Positions 7,718 to 15,039 of a stretch of 15,039 bases of DNA are shown piece by piece. How positions within the stretch are numbered: position 1 is the first letter of the stretch; each line of letters opens with the position of its first letter. The DNA comes from Abditibacteriaceae bacterium (GTDB lineage Bacteria; Armatimonadota; Abditibacteriia; Abditibacteriales; Abditibacteriaceae), in NCBI GenBank assembly GCA_031425655.1, contig JANPJS010000147.1, forward strand, positions 1-15,039. Reading direction: 5' to 3'. The position numbers were made by a program, and so were the translations under genes. The notes under the pieces are model-generated. The model ran no database searches and was not told the origin of the DNA. It saw only the letters and a program-made list of their open reading frames with translations.

Positions 7718-7737
7718 TGATGATTGTTCACGCCGCG

Positions 7738-9732
7738 TTACTGGCTCGGCTCGTCATTCTCGAAGAGTAAGGGCGCGGCGTCGTCGTTGCGAATGGTGCC
7801 GACGCCGCGACTATCGGCGATGGTCGCGTTGGTCGGCGTGTTTAAGTCGAAAAAGAAGGTTTCGTTGAGTTCGGATCTGCTGTCGCCGATGAATTGAATC
7901 GTCACACGCTTGAGAGTTTGGCCGGGTAGGAACGTCAATTTGCCGCTTTTAGCGACGTAATCCGTGACGGCGGTGGCCGGGTTGTTGATGCCGTCGAGCG
8001 TTTGATATTCAACCGTCACGGTTTGCGTGCTGGCGGCACCAAGCGTGATGTCGAAGGTGATTGAACCCGGAGCAGTGGCGCTGCCTTCGTCGAGCGAGCG
8101 CGGATTATTGACGCTTAAAGTGAGCGCTTCATAAGCGCCGATGTCGCTGCCGTCGCCACCCGCTGCATTGATGATGAACGGATTATCAACGGGCCGCGCG
8201 AAGCCGCGTTGATCGGTGGAGAGGCTGCTGAGGCCACGATCAAGAGCCGGGCTGCCGCTGAGGAGCGCAAGGGTTTGAGTTGGGCCGCCGTTATCTTTCA
8301 GGGTATCCAGTTTAGGATCGGTGTTGCGAATGTCTCCACCGGCAGTCAAATAAGGGCCGCCGGGAGCCGTCGTGCCATTGCCGCCGGCGGCATCGCTGCT
8401 CAAGTTATGGTTCTTAGAAGTGAAAGTCGTCTCCGAGTTGACCGTCAAAGTGAGGTTTTCGGTAGGACTGTTCGCTAAGATAGTGCTGCCTAAAGCTAAA
8501 GTCGCGCTGCCTCCCGTGCCGTCGCTGTCAATAGCGGCGCTGTTCAGGGAAGCTACGTTACCCTTCAAAGTGCTGTTGTCTATTTCGACCGTGGCGCTGC
8601 CACCTGTGCCGTTGTTGAGGATCGCGCCGCCCTTGTTGGTGGCTCGGTTGCCGTTGAAGGTGCTGGTGCCGGCTGTCACCGTCGCGCTGCCTGCGCTGCG
8701 ACCGTCGTTGTTGATGGCGCCGCCGTTGGCCGAGGCTGTATTCGCGTGTAAGGTGCTGAATTTGATAGCCTGCGTTGCGCTGCCACCGATGCCGTTATTA
8801 TTGATCGCGCCGCCGTTGGTTGCGGCATTGGCGGACAAGGTTGTGGAGCTGATGACCAGCGTCGCACTGCCGCCCGTTGTGCCGTTGTTTTCGATGCCGC
8901 CGCCATTGCCGGAGGCCGTATTAGCACTCAGAACGCTGTTGCTGAGTTCTGTAATCGTCGCACTGCCACCGGCGCGGCCATCGTTGATGATCGCGCCACC
9001 GTTAACGGCGCGGTTGTTGGTGAAAGTGCAGTTCCTGATCGCCAGAGGTGCGCTGCCGCCCCCGCTGCCGTTGTTGAAGAGACCTCCGCCAACCCCGGTG
9101 GCGACATTGTTTGTGATGGTGCTGCTGCTGAGAGTCAACGTCGCATTGACACTCAGAGAGCCATCATTACAGATAGCTCCGCCGTTCGTGGCTGAGTTGC
9201 CCTGCAAAACACTGTTGCTGACTGTCAGCGTGCCGTGATTGTTATAGATGCCGCCGCCACAGTTAACCGGTGCGCCGCTGCCCGAAACCTTGCCCCCGGC
9301 GATGGTTAAGCGCGAAAGCACAACTGTGGGGCCGCTCGTGGTCGTGTTGTCAATGGTAAAAATGCGGAATTCGGGCGTGCCTGCTGCGCTGCTGCGCCGC
9401 ACCGTCAGGTTCGCCGCGCCGGGGCCATTCAGCGTGATGCCTGTGCTGAGAGCGGGTAATTTTGTGAGCAGCGAGATGGTGCCGCTGATGCCCGTCGCGT
9501 CAATGGTGTCGGAACCGGGCGTGACCGTCTGGTTATTCGCGGCGATAATCGCCTCGCGCAGCGTGCAGCCGTCGCCCGTGCCGGCGGCGCGACAGCCGCC
9601 AATGCCGGGGTCGGCGGTATTAGTGACGACTAAGGTCGCAGCCTTAGCCTGCGCCGGCATCAGGCCGGCCATCAGGGCTGGGACGAGTAATAACGGCAGT
9701 CTGCCTACTCGCAATGTTGTGTGGCTTTTCAT
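7738..9732 (-). CDS. Secreted CSLREA-like / PMP-repeat beta-helix / choice-of-anchor Q-like protein with 1 Calx-beta domain and acidic tail (putative adhesin), 664 aa
   Basis: AAAGGA RBS; signal peptide ending AQAKA; GCTLREAIIAAN; about 7 ~30-aa repeats with NxA..GGAIxNxG..GSAT (Chlamydia PMP-like GGAI/FxxN); LKDNGGPTQTLALLSGSPALDRG..DQRG..DIGAYE; Calx-beta; ends NDDAAPLLFENDEPSQ. Confidence 0.92.
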   Translation of the reverse strand: MKSHTTLRVGRLPLLLVPALMAGLMPAQAKAATLVVTNTADPGIGGCRAAGTGDGCTLREAIIAANNQTVTPGSDTIDATGISGTISLLTKLPALSTGITLNGPGAANLTVRRSSAAGTPEFRIFTIDNTTTSGPTVVLSRLTIAGGKVSGSGAPVNCGGGIYNNHGTLTVSNSVLQGNSATNGGAICNDGSLSVNATLTLSSSTITNNVATGVGGGLFNNGSGGGSAPLAIRNCTFTNNRAVNGGAIINDGRAGGSATITELSNSVLSANTASGNGGGIENNGTTGGSATLVISSTTLSANAATNGGAINNNGIGGSATQAIKFSTLHANTASANGGAINNDGRSAGSATVTAGTSTFNGNRATNKGGAILNNGTGGSATVEIDNSTLKGNVASLNSAAIDSDGTGGSATLALGSTILANSPTENLTLTVNSETTFTSKNHNLSSDAAGGNGTTAPGGPYLTAGGDIRNTDPKLDTLKDNGGPTQTLALLSGSPALDRGLSSLSTDQRGFARPVDNPFIINAAGGDGSDIGAYEALTLSVNNPRSLDEGSATAPGSITFDITLGAASTQTVTVEYQTLDGINNPATAVTDYVAKSGKLTFLPGQTLKRVTIQFIGDSRSELNETFFFDLNTPTNATIADSRGVGTIRNDDAAPLLFENDEPSQ

Positions 9733-9765
9733 GGGTATTTCCTTTAATGCGTCTTGAGGCGCGGC

Positions 9766-9789
9766 ATCCTTAGGATTTATCCTGAGGAT
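9766..9789. promoter_or_regulatory. Tandem palindromes, candidate transcription-factor operator
   Basis: ATCCTTAGGAT-tt-ATCCTGAGGAT, two ATCCT-N-AGGAT palindromes 34-57 nt upstream of the 9732 start codon. Confidence 0.45.
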
Positions 9790-10152
9790 AACCTGTGCTT
9801 CATCTTTACTCAGCCACTTGCAGTGCTTTGGGACTAAATTTCATCGCTGCGCGGTGCGCTCAGCCCTGAGCGCGGTGGGCAACGGCATAGGAACCTTGCT
9901 GTGGTGGACGCAAGGTTTATTGTTCACAAAAGACAAATCGAGGAGTAGAGCACCCTGCCTTAAAGGGTTCATACGGTAGGCTCTTCGAGTGCTAATAACT
10001 ATCAGGGATACGGCAGTAGCAATAGTTTGGCCATAGCTCAATTTAAGTGAACGCAGCCGCTACGGTAACGGTAGGCGCGATGGTAAAAGTCGCTTATGTT
10101 TTCGGACGGGCGGTCTGGAATTGGGGAACGCTACGACTTATATTGCCTATCA

Positions 10153-10214
10153 AAAAGCGCAACAGAAGCAAGAGATGCCGATTTGAGGGCATCTCTTGCT
10201 TCTGTTGCGCTTTT
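10153..10214. terminator. Long hairpin / intrinsic terminator after the 10241-12121 gene
   Basis: 27-bp perfect inverted repeat AAAAGCGCAACAGAAGCAAGAGATGCC, 8-nt loop, GGCATCTCTTGCTTCTGTTGCGCTTTT. T-runs at the 3' end on both strands. Confidence 0.8.
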
Positions 10215-10240
10215 GGTATGAGGCGCTACTCGCTGTTCCT

Positions 10241-12121
10241 CTACTCGCTGGGGTCGTCGTTCTCGAAGAGCAACGCCGACGCGTCGTCGTTGCGAATTGT
10301 GCCCACGCCGCGACTATCGGCGATGGTGGCGTTGGTCGGCGTATTTAAGTCGAAAAAGAAGGTTTCGTTCAATTCAACCGTGTTGTCGCCGATAAAGCTC
10401 ACGGTGACGCGCTTGAGAACTTCGCCCGGAGCAAAGGTGAGCTTGCCGCTTTTAGCGGTGTAATCGCTGCCGGCTGACGCGGTGCTGTTGGTGGTGTGAT
10501 ACAGAACCGTCACGTTCTGGGCGGAAGGCGCCGAGAGCGTAACGCTAAAATTAGTCGAGCCGGGAGATACGGCGCTCCCTTCCAGATGAGTCGGCGCGTT
10601 GGCAATCGACAACGTGATCACCAGTCCCTCGAAAGCTCCCAAGTCAACGCGCGCGCCTTGCAGACGCGCCCCGCCGTCGAAATCCGTTTCGCCACTGCCC
10701 GCCGCGAAGGCCGGATCGCCTGCGTTGAGTGCCGGAGATGTGGCCGTCAGGTGGAAATCATTCGTGGTCGCGCCGATGAACTGCGGGTTGGCGAACAGCG
10801 AATGGGCGTCGTTACCGGAAAAAGTTTTGTAAGCGCTGAAACCGGTTCGGTAGGCGTTTTTCCATTGCCATTCGCTGCCCACTGCGCCGCCGGGCGCAAA
10901 ATACAGGTTGTAATCCACGACGTTGCCGCTGTTGGAAAACGGGTTGCCGATCAGCAGGTTTTGCGAGTTGGCTTTGAAGATGTTGTTCTTGAAGGTGCAG
11001 TTCGTCACCTTATATTGCAGCAGCAATTCGCCGCTGCCCGATTGCGTGCTGTCGTTTTGAAACAGCGTGTTGTTGGTGAACGTGCAGTTTTGCGCCCATC
11101 CGACCGAAGACGCGTAACCGCCGACGGCAATGCCTTCGGTCAGGCAATGACGCACGACGTTGTCGCGCACTAAAATGGCGCTGGCGAAGCGCCCGGCATG
11201 CTCGCTGGCAACCTCGATGCCGATGTCGCAGGCATAAATCAGATTGCGCTCGATAGTGATATTGGCGCCGCCGTCCACATAAATGCCACCGGCGGAAAGG
11301 TCGTATTGGCCGCCGCTGAAATAAGCCGGATTGCCCTTGGTGTCAATGTTCCAAACCGTGTTGCCCCGGCAAACGCCGTTGCGCGCCTGATCTAAAGAAC
11401 TTGCCGGACAAGTGCCCTCAAAGCCGATGAAATCAATGCCGATATTATTGTTGTCGTGGACGCGGTTGTTCGTGACGAGGAACTGCTCGACGTTGCCGTT
11501 GAGCACGACCGATTCGCTGGAGCCGGTCTTGAGATCGTGAACATCGTTGCCGTCAAGGACGAGGTTATTGAGCGACTGCGTCGCCGAAGTTCCGAAAGCC
11601 GCGATGCCAAAGGCGTTGGCGGCATCGCCATTGAAATTGTTCTCGATGTGATGAATGTTGTTGTTGCGAAGTTCGATGTGATGCGAGGCGCCGATGACCT
11701 GAATTCCGGCAGGCACAAGGGCGCTGCTGGCGGTTTTGTAGTTGCGAATCTCGAAGCCTTTGATGACGACGTAAGCGCGGTTGACGAGGAGAAACAAGCC
11801 GGTATCCGCTGCCGGCACGCCGAGTCCGGTGCCATCCACAATGGGCGTTTCGCCGGGATAATTTTGCAGGGTGACCATGCCGCCCGCCGCCGAGCCGGAA
11901 ACGTTGACCGTGACGCGCTCGCTGTAAATGCCGCCGCGCACCAAAGCCGTGTCGCCGGGGCCAAGCGTGCTGGCGGCCTTTTGAATCGTGCGCCACGGCA
12001 GCGCCAGCGTGCCTGGATTGGTATTGATGCCATTTGTGGCCACGTAATAAGTTGCGGCGCGGGCCGGAAAGCACAATAGCAAAGCCGCAAACGGCACGAT
12101 CAGGCAAAAGTTCAGGTTCAT
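10241..12121 (-). CDS. Secreted DUF1565 / right-handed parallel beta-helix protein (pectate-lyase-like fold, resembles Bacillus YwoF-type proteins) with choice-of-anchor Q-like segment, Calx-beta and acidic tail, ~626 aa
   Basis: ATG at 12121 with AAGGAG at 12138-12133; signal peptide ending PARA; ATYYVATNG.NTNPGTLALPWRTIQKAA...PGDTALVRGGIY; SSESVVLNGNV, NNNIGIDFIGFEG, GNPAY..SAGGIYVDGG, DIGIEVASEH; DFHLTATSPALNAG..DLGAFE; ends NDDASALLFENDDPSE. The YwoF resemblance is recalled, not searched. Confidence 0.9.
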   Translation of the reverse strand: MNLNFCLIVPFAALLLCFPARAATYYVATNGINTNPGTLALPWRTIQKAASTLGPGDTALVRGGIYSERVTVNVSGSAAGGMVTLQNYPGETPIVDGTGLGVPAADTGLFLLVNRAYVVIKGFEIRNYKTASSALVPAGIQVIGASHHIELRNNNIHHIENNFNGDAANAFGIAAFGTSATQSLNNLVLDGNDVHDLKTGSSESVVLNGNVEQFLVTNNRVHDNNNIGIDFIGFEGTCPASSLDQARNGVCRGNTVWNIDTKGNPAYFSGGQYDLSAGGIYVDGGANITIERNLIYACDIGIEVASEHAGRFASAILVRDNVVRHCLTEGIAVGGYASSVGWAQNCTFTNNTLFQNDSTQSGSGELLLQYKVTNCTFKNNIFKANSQNLLIGNPFSNSGNVVDYNLYFAPGGAVGSEWQWKNAYRTGFSAYKTFSGNDAHSLFANPQFIGATTNDFHLTATSPALNAGDPAFAAGSGETDFDGGARLQGARVDLGAFEGLVITLSIANAPTHLEGSAVSPGSTNFSVTLSAPSAQNVTVLYHTTNSTASAGSDYTAKSGKLTFAPGEVLKRVTVSFIGDNTVELNETFFFDLNTPTNATIADSRGVGTIRNDDASALLFENDDPSE

Positions 12122-12188
12122 AGGATGCAGCACTCCTTTAGTCACTGTAATTAAAATTGGCAGAACGCCGCAAGGGGCGTGCGCATGG

Positions 12189-12212
12189 CGAGCAAGACGA
12201 GCAAGACGAGCA
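12189..12212. repeat. Short tandem repeat (CGAGCAAGA)x2.7
   Basis: cgagcaaga cgagcaaga cgagca, upstream of the 10241-12121 gene. Confidence 0.7.
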
Positions 12213-12323
12213 TCACGGCCTCGATATGTGCGCGCATGAAGAAGCCTACGCCGAAGGCATCATGTAATTGCGAATTTTGAATGAATAATTGTTATCGAAA
12301 TTTCTTTGTCCTCCACTCAAACC

Positions 12324-12367
12324 AAGCCAAAGCGCGGCAACCGATTTCGGTTATCGCGCTTTGGCTT
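12324..12367. terminator. Hairpin / probable intrinsic terminator after the 12408 gene
   Basis: AAGCCAAAGCGCG-gc-AACCGA-tt-TCGGTT-at-CGCGCTTTGGCTT, 40 nt after the TAG. Confidence 0.7.
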
Positions 12368-12407
12368 TTCGGGCGTAACATCGGCAACCCTTTGGGTGGA
12401 GTGCCCC

Positions 12408-15039
12408 CTACCGGCTCGGCTCGTCGTTCTCGAAGAGCAGCGGCGCTGCGTCGTCGTTGCGAATCGTGCCGACGCCCTGACCGTCAGCGATAAAGGCGTA
12501 AGTCACCTTGCTCAGAATCACTTTGTAGGTTTCATTCGGCTCAACAATCGTGTCGCCTTTGACCTGAATCGTGATGATTTTGCTGGTTTCGCCCGGCGCG
12601 AAAGTCAAAGTGCCCGAAGCTGCGACATAATCGGTGGCTACGGCTGTGCCGTTCGCCGTCGCCCAATCTACCGTTACGGTGTCAGTCGAAGCCGCCGAAA
12701 GCGTCACGGCGAAGGTTTGAGGCTTGTTTCCGCTGTTCCCTTCGTCAACCGTAGCGGCGTTGGCGATGCTGATGCCCGGCCCATCGTCGTTATTGATCTG
12801 GCCCACGCCGCGATTATCGAAAATGGTGGCGTTAGTCGGCGTTTTTAAATCGAAAAAGAAGGTTTCGTTGAGTTCGACGGTGCTGTCGCCGATGAAACTC
12901 ACGGTGACGCGCTTGAGAGTTTGACCGGGCGTAAAGGTTAATTTGCCGCTTTTTGCCGTATAATCCACGCCCGCCGTCGCCGGATTGTTGATGCCGTTGA
13001 TCGTTTGATAATTCACGGTTACGGTCTGGGCAGTGGCACCGCTCAGGGTGATGTCGAAGGTCACGGAGCCGGACGCACCGGGGTTCCCTTCGGGAAGCGA
13101 ACGCGGGTTATTGACGGCTAAGGACGGAAGTGAATCCAGTTCAAAGGCGCCGATATCGTCGGCTGCGCCCTGGGGACGGGCAATGCCGCGCTGGTCGGTT
13201 GTAAGCGGGCTATTGCCGGCGTTGATGGCCGGACTGCCGGTTAAAAGCGCAACGGTTTCCGTTGCTCCGCCGTTGTTGGCTAAAGTGCCGAGTTTTAGCT
13301 GCGCGATGGTGAGGCCCGTCGCGTCGCCGGTCTGAACGAAGGCACTGCTGCCGCTGCCGTTGCCGATCAGGTTGTAGCCGCTGCTCTGGAACGTGTTGCG
13401 GACGTTATTGAACAAATCGGCATCGCTGTTGGTGTTGCCGGCGATGATGCTGTTGCTCACCGTGGTAAGGGTGGTAGCGTCGGTGGTATTGAGAATGCCG
13501 CTGCCCCAGCCGGCGGGCGCGGTGTTGCCGGTGATGGTGCAATTCTCAACGACCGCAGGACCAGCGTAGTTGTAAATTCCACCGCCAAAAACACTGGCCG
13601 TGTTGCCGGTGATGGTGCAGTTGCGCATCGTGAGTGGGGCGTTGACGACCGTGTCCGACAACACAGCGCCACCTTGGGTGGCTGTGTTGTTGGAAAACGT
13701 GCAATTCTCGACAACCATGCGGCCAAAGTAGTTGAGAATTCCACCGCCTAAACCGGTGGCTGTGTTGCCAGTGAGGGTGCAGCTGCGCACCGTCATCGTG
13801 ACGGTGCTGCCGTTGGCGTTGAACCACAGTGCGCCGCCGTCAACTCCGGCGTTGTTATCGGAAAAGGTGCAGTTTTCAATCAGCGTCTTGCCAAAGGTGG
13901 CACAACCGGCGCCGCTCTGTGTAGTGAAGCCGCGCGTGATGGTCAGGCCGCGCAAGGTCAAGTCGGCGGCGCGGTCGCTGAAAAACACGCGATACAAACC
14001 ATTTCCGCTAATCGCCACGCCCGCTGTCGGCCCGGTGATGCTGATGGTGCCGTCACCGATCAGAACAGGCAGGCCCGAAGTTAAAACGATGGTTTTGCGC
14101 GGCGCGGCAAAAACCGTCGCGTCAAAGGTAATTGCGCTGTTCACGCCGTCGGTGTTGGCAAAAGTGATGGCATCGCGCAGCGACGTCAGGCTGTCGTAAA
14201 TCGTGCCGGTGTCGCTGGTAGTGTTGACGATGAGCGAAGGCGTTGCGGTGACGCGCAGCGAGATAGTGGCGGGCGCCGAAGCCGCGCCCTGGTTGTCGGT
14301 GGCGCGAAAGGTGAACGAATCGGGGCCAACATAATTCGCGGTCGGCGTGTAGGTGAATTGGCCCGAAGCGTTGATCGAAACCGTGCCGTGCAAAGGCTGC
14401 GAAGCAACCGTGTAGGTCAGCGGGCCTCCCACATCATCGGTGGCGGACAAAGGCCGGGTGAGGCTCGTGTTGCGCGGCAGATCGAAGCTGGCGCTGGTCG
14501 CCGTTGGCGCGATGTTCGGCCCCCACGATGCCTGATAATCCGTCGCCGCGTTGTTGGTGAGGCGCGTTTGTGCGCTGCCATCGGGTTTCATCACATAAAT
14601 TTCGGCGTTGCCGTCGCGGTTGCTGTCGAAGACGATTTTGGCGCCGTCGGGCCGAAAAGCCGGCGCGCCGTCGTCGGCGGAATTATTGGTCAGGCGCAAA
14701 CTGTTCGCGCCGTTGGCGTCCATCACATAAATCTCGAACTTGCCGTCAACGAGCGAGTAAAAACCGATTTTGCTGCTGTCGGGACTGAAAGAAGTCGGCT
14801 GATCCACGCCCGGAGTCGTTGTCAGGCGCACCGGATTGGCGCCGTTGGCATCCATCACATAAACGTCGTCAATGGTTCCGTTGGCGAAGCGATACGTAAT
14901 TTTGCTCCCATTGGGGCTGTAGGCGCCCAAAAATTCGCTCGCCGAATTGGTGTTGGTGAGCGCGGTTTCGCCGGTGCCGTTGAGGTTGATCGAGAAAATA
15001 TCGTAACCGCCGCCCCGGTCGGAGTGAAAAATCAGTTTG
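12408..15039 (-). CDS. Large multidomain surface protein, 5'-truncated: TolB-like (PD40) beta-propeller, Ig/cadherin-like (Big_9/tandem-95-type) repeat, CSLREA-like and PMP-type beta-helix, choice-of-anchor Q-like segment, 2 Calx-beta domains, acidic tail
   Basis: The frame stays open past the TTG at 14930 to the window edge (KLIFHSDRGGGYDIFSINLNGTGETALTN...). Repeats SPDGxKIxFxSxRDGNxEIYVMxxDG; LTYTVASQPLHGTVSINASGQFTYTPTANYVGPDSFTFRATD; TSLRDAITFAN; ENCTFSxNxA..GGA; LANNGGATETVALLTGSPAINAG..DIGAFE; ends NDDAAPLLFENDEPSR. Confidence 0.92.
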   Translation of the reverse strand, partial: KLIFHSDRGGGYDIFSINLNGTGETALTNTNSASEFLGAYSPNGSKITYRFANGTIDDVYVMDANGANPVRLTTTPGVDQPTSFSPDSSKIGFYSLVDGKFEIYVMDANGANSLRLTNNSADDGAPAFRPDGAKIVFDSNRDGNAEIYVMKPDGSAQTRLTNNAATDYQASWGPNIAPTATSASFDLPRNTSLTRPLSATDDVGGPLTYTVASQPLHGTVSINASGQFTYTPTANYVGPDSFTFRATDNQGAASAPATISLRVTATPSLIVNTTSDTGTIYDSLTSLRDAITFANTDGVNSAITFDATVFAAPRKTIVLTSGLPVLIGDGTISITGPTAGVAISGNGLYRVFFSDRAADLTLRGLTITRGFTTQSGAGCATFGKTLIENCTFSDNNAGVDGGALWFNANGSTVTMTVRSCTLTGNTATGLGGGILNYFGRMVVENCTFSNNTATQGGAVLSDTVVNAPLTMRNCTITGNTASVFGGGIYNYAGPAVVENCTITGNTAPAGWGSGILNTTDATTLTTVSNSIIAGNTNSDADLFNNVRNTFQSSGYNLIGNGSGSSAFVQTGDATGLTIAQLKLGTLANNGGATETVALLTGSPAINAGNSPLTTDQRGIARPQGAADDIGAFELDSLPSLAVNNPRSLPEGNPGASGSVTFDITLSGATAQTVTVNYQTINGINNPATAGVDYTAKSGKLTFTPGQTLKRVTVSFIGDSTVELNETFFFDLKTPTNATIFDNRGVGQINNDDGPGISIANAATVDEGNSGNKPQTFAVTLSAASTDTVTVDWATANGTAVATDYVAASGTLTFAPGETSKIITIQVKGDTIVEPNETYKVILSKVTYAFIADGQGVGTIRNDDAAPLLFENDEPSR

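Larger units (their letters stand above)
7632..7733. repeat. Copy 2 of the ~100-bp intergenic direct repeat
   Basis: Near-identical to 5322-5422. Here it makes up almost the whole spacer between the 7738-9732 and 5466-7628 genes. Confidence 0.95.

Noticed and set aside
5322..7733. CRISPR array or IS ends
   Set aside because: Only two repeat copies 2.3 kb apart. No spacers, cas genes, transposase or terminal inverted repeats.
8372..9757. Long + strand ORFs (288 aa, 169 aa) and similar ORFs opposite the other adhesins
   Set aside because: Antisense shadows of Gly/Asn/Thr-rich repeats (they read as PPP/LL/V mirrors), with no RBS or domain features.
9877..9985. c-di-GMP-I (GEMM) riboswitch-like words GGGCAA...GAAC...GGACGCAA on the + strand
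   Set aside because: Wrong strand for the adjacent gene, the loop is not GNRA, and the second stem does not follow at the expected spacing. An Infernal search would settle it.
5322..12470. Diversity-generating retroelement (TR/VR pairs) or integron cassette array
   Set aside because: No reverse transcriptase or integrase in the window. Differences between repeats are few and not clearly adenine-specific, and the hairpins lack attC RYYYAAC/GTTRRRY ends.
3837..15039. TolC/RND acting as a type I secretion system for the adjacent Calx-beta proteins
   Set aside because: The complete adhesins have Sec-type signal peptides and no RTX repeats. The transporter is RND rather than ABC, and the blocks are convergent, so adjacency alone is not evidence.

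Overview
Bacterial DNA, genetic code 11 (TGA ends four clear genes), with two convergent blocks. Left (+ strand, 1-5225): the 3' part of an RND efflux operon. It holds a 5'-truncated AcrB/MdtB-type permease with non-canonical proton-relay residues, a translationally coupled 2-TM protein resembling a degenerate HisKA/DHp domain without the phospho-His or ATPase domain, a small hypothetical protein and a TolC-family channel. Right (- strand, 5466-15039): four tandem surface/secreted proteins, the last cut by the window end. They have different N-terminal regions (CSLREA-like/PMP-type beta-helices, a DUF1565/YwoF-like beta-helix, a TolB-like propeller plus Ig/cadherin-like repeat), then choice-of-anchor-Q-like segments and 1-3 Calx-beta domains. 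Three end in a near-identical acidic tail (NDDA[A/S][P/A]LLFEND[E/D]PSx). The fourth has a recognisable copy of this tail stranded in frame behind a TGA. The tail is a candidate undescribed C-terminal sorting signal. A ~100-bp terminator+promoter+RBS block is duplicated (5322-5422, 7632-7733). The left copy has no gene after it but lies just downstream of a near-consensus + strand promoter, so it could yield a small RNA antisense to adhesin ribosome-binding sites. All family calls are by motif recognition; no searches were run.
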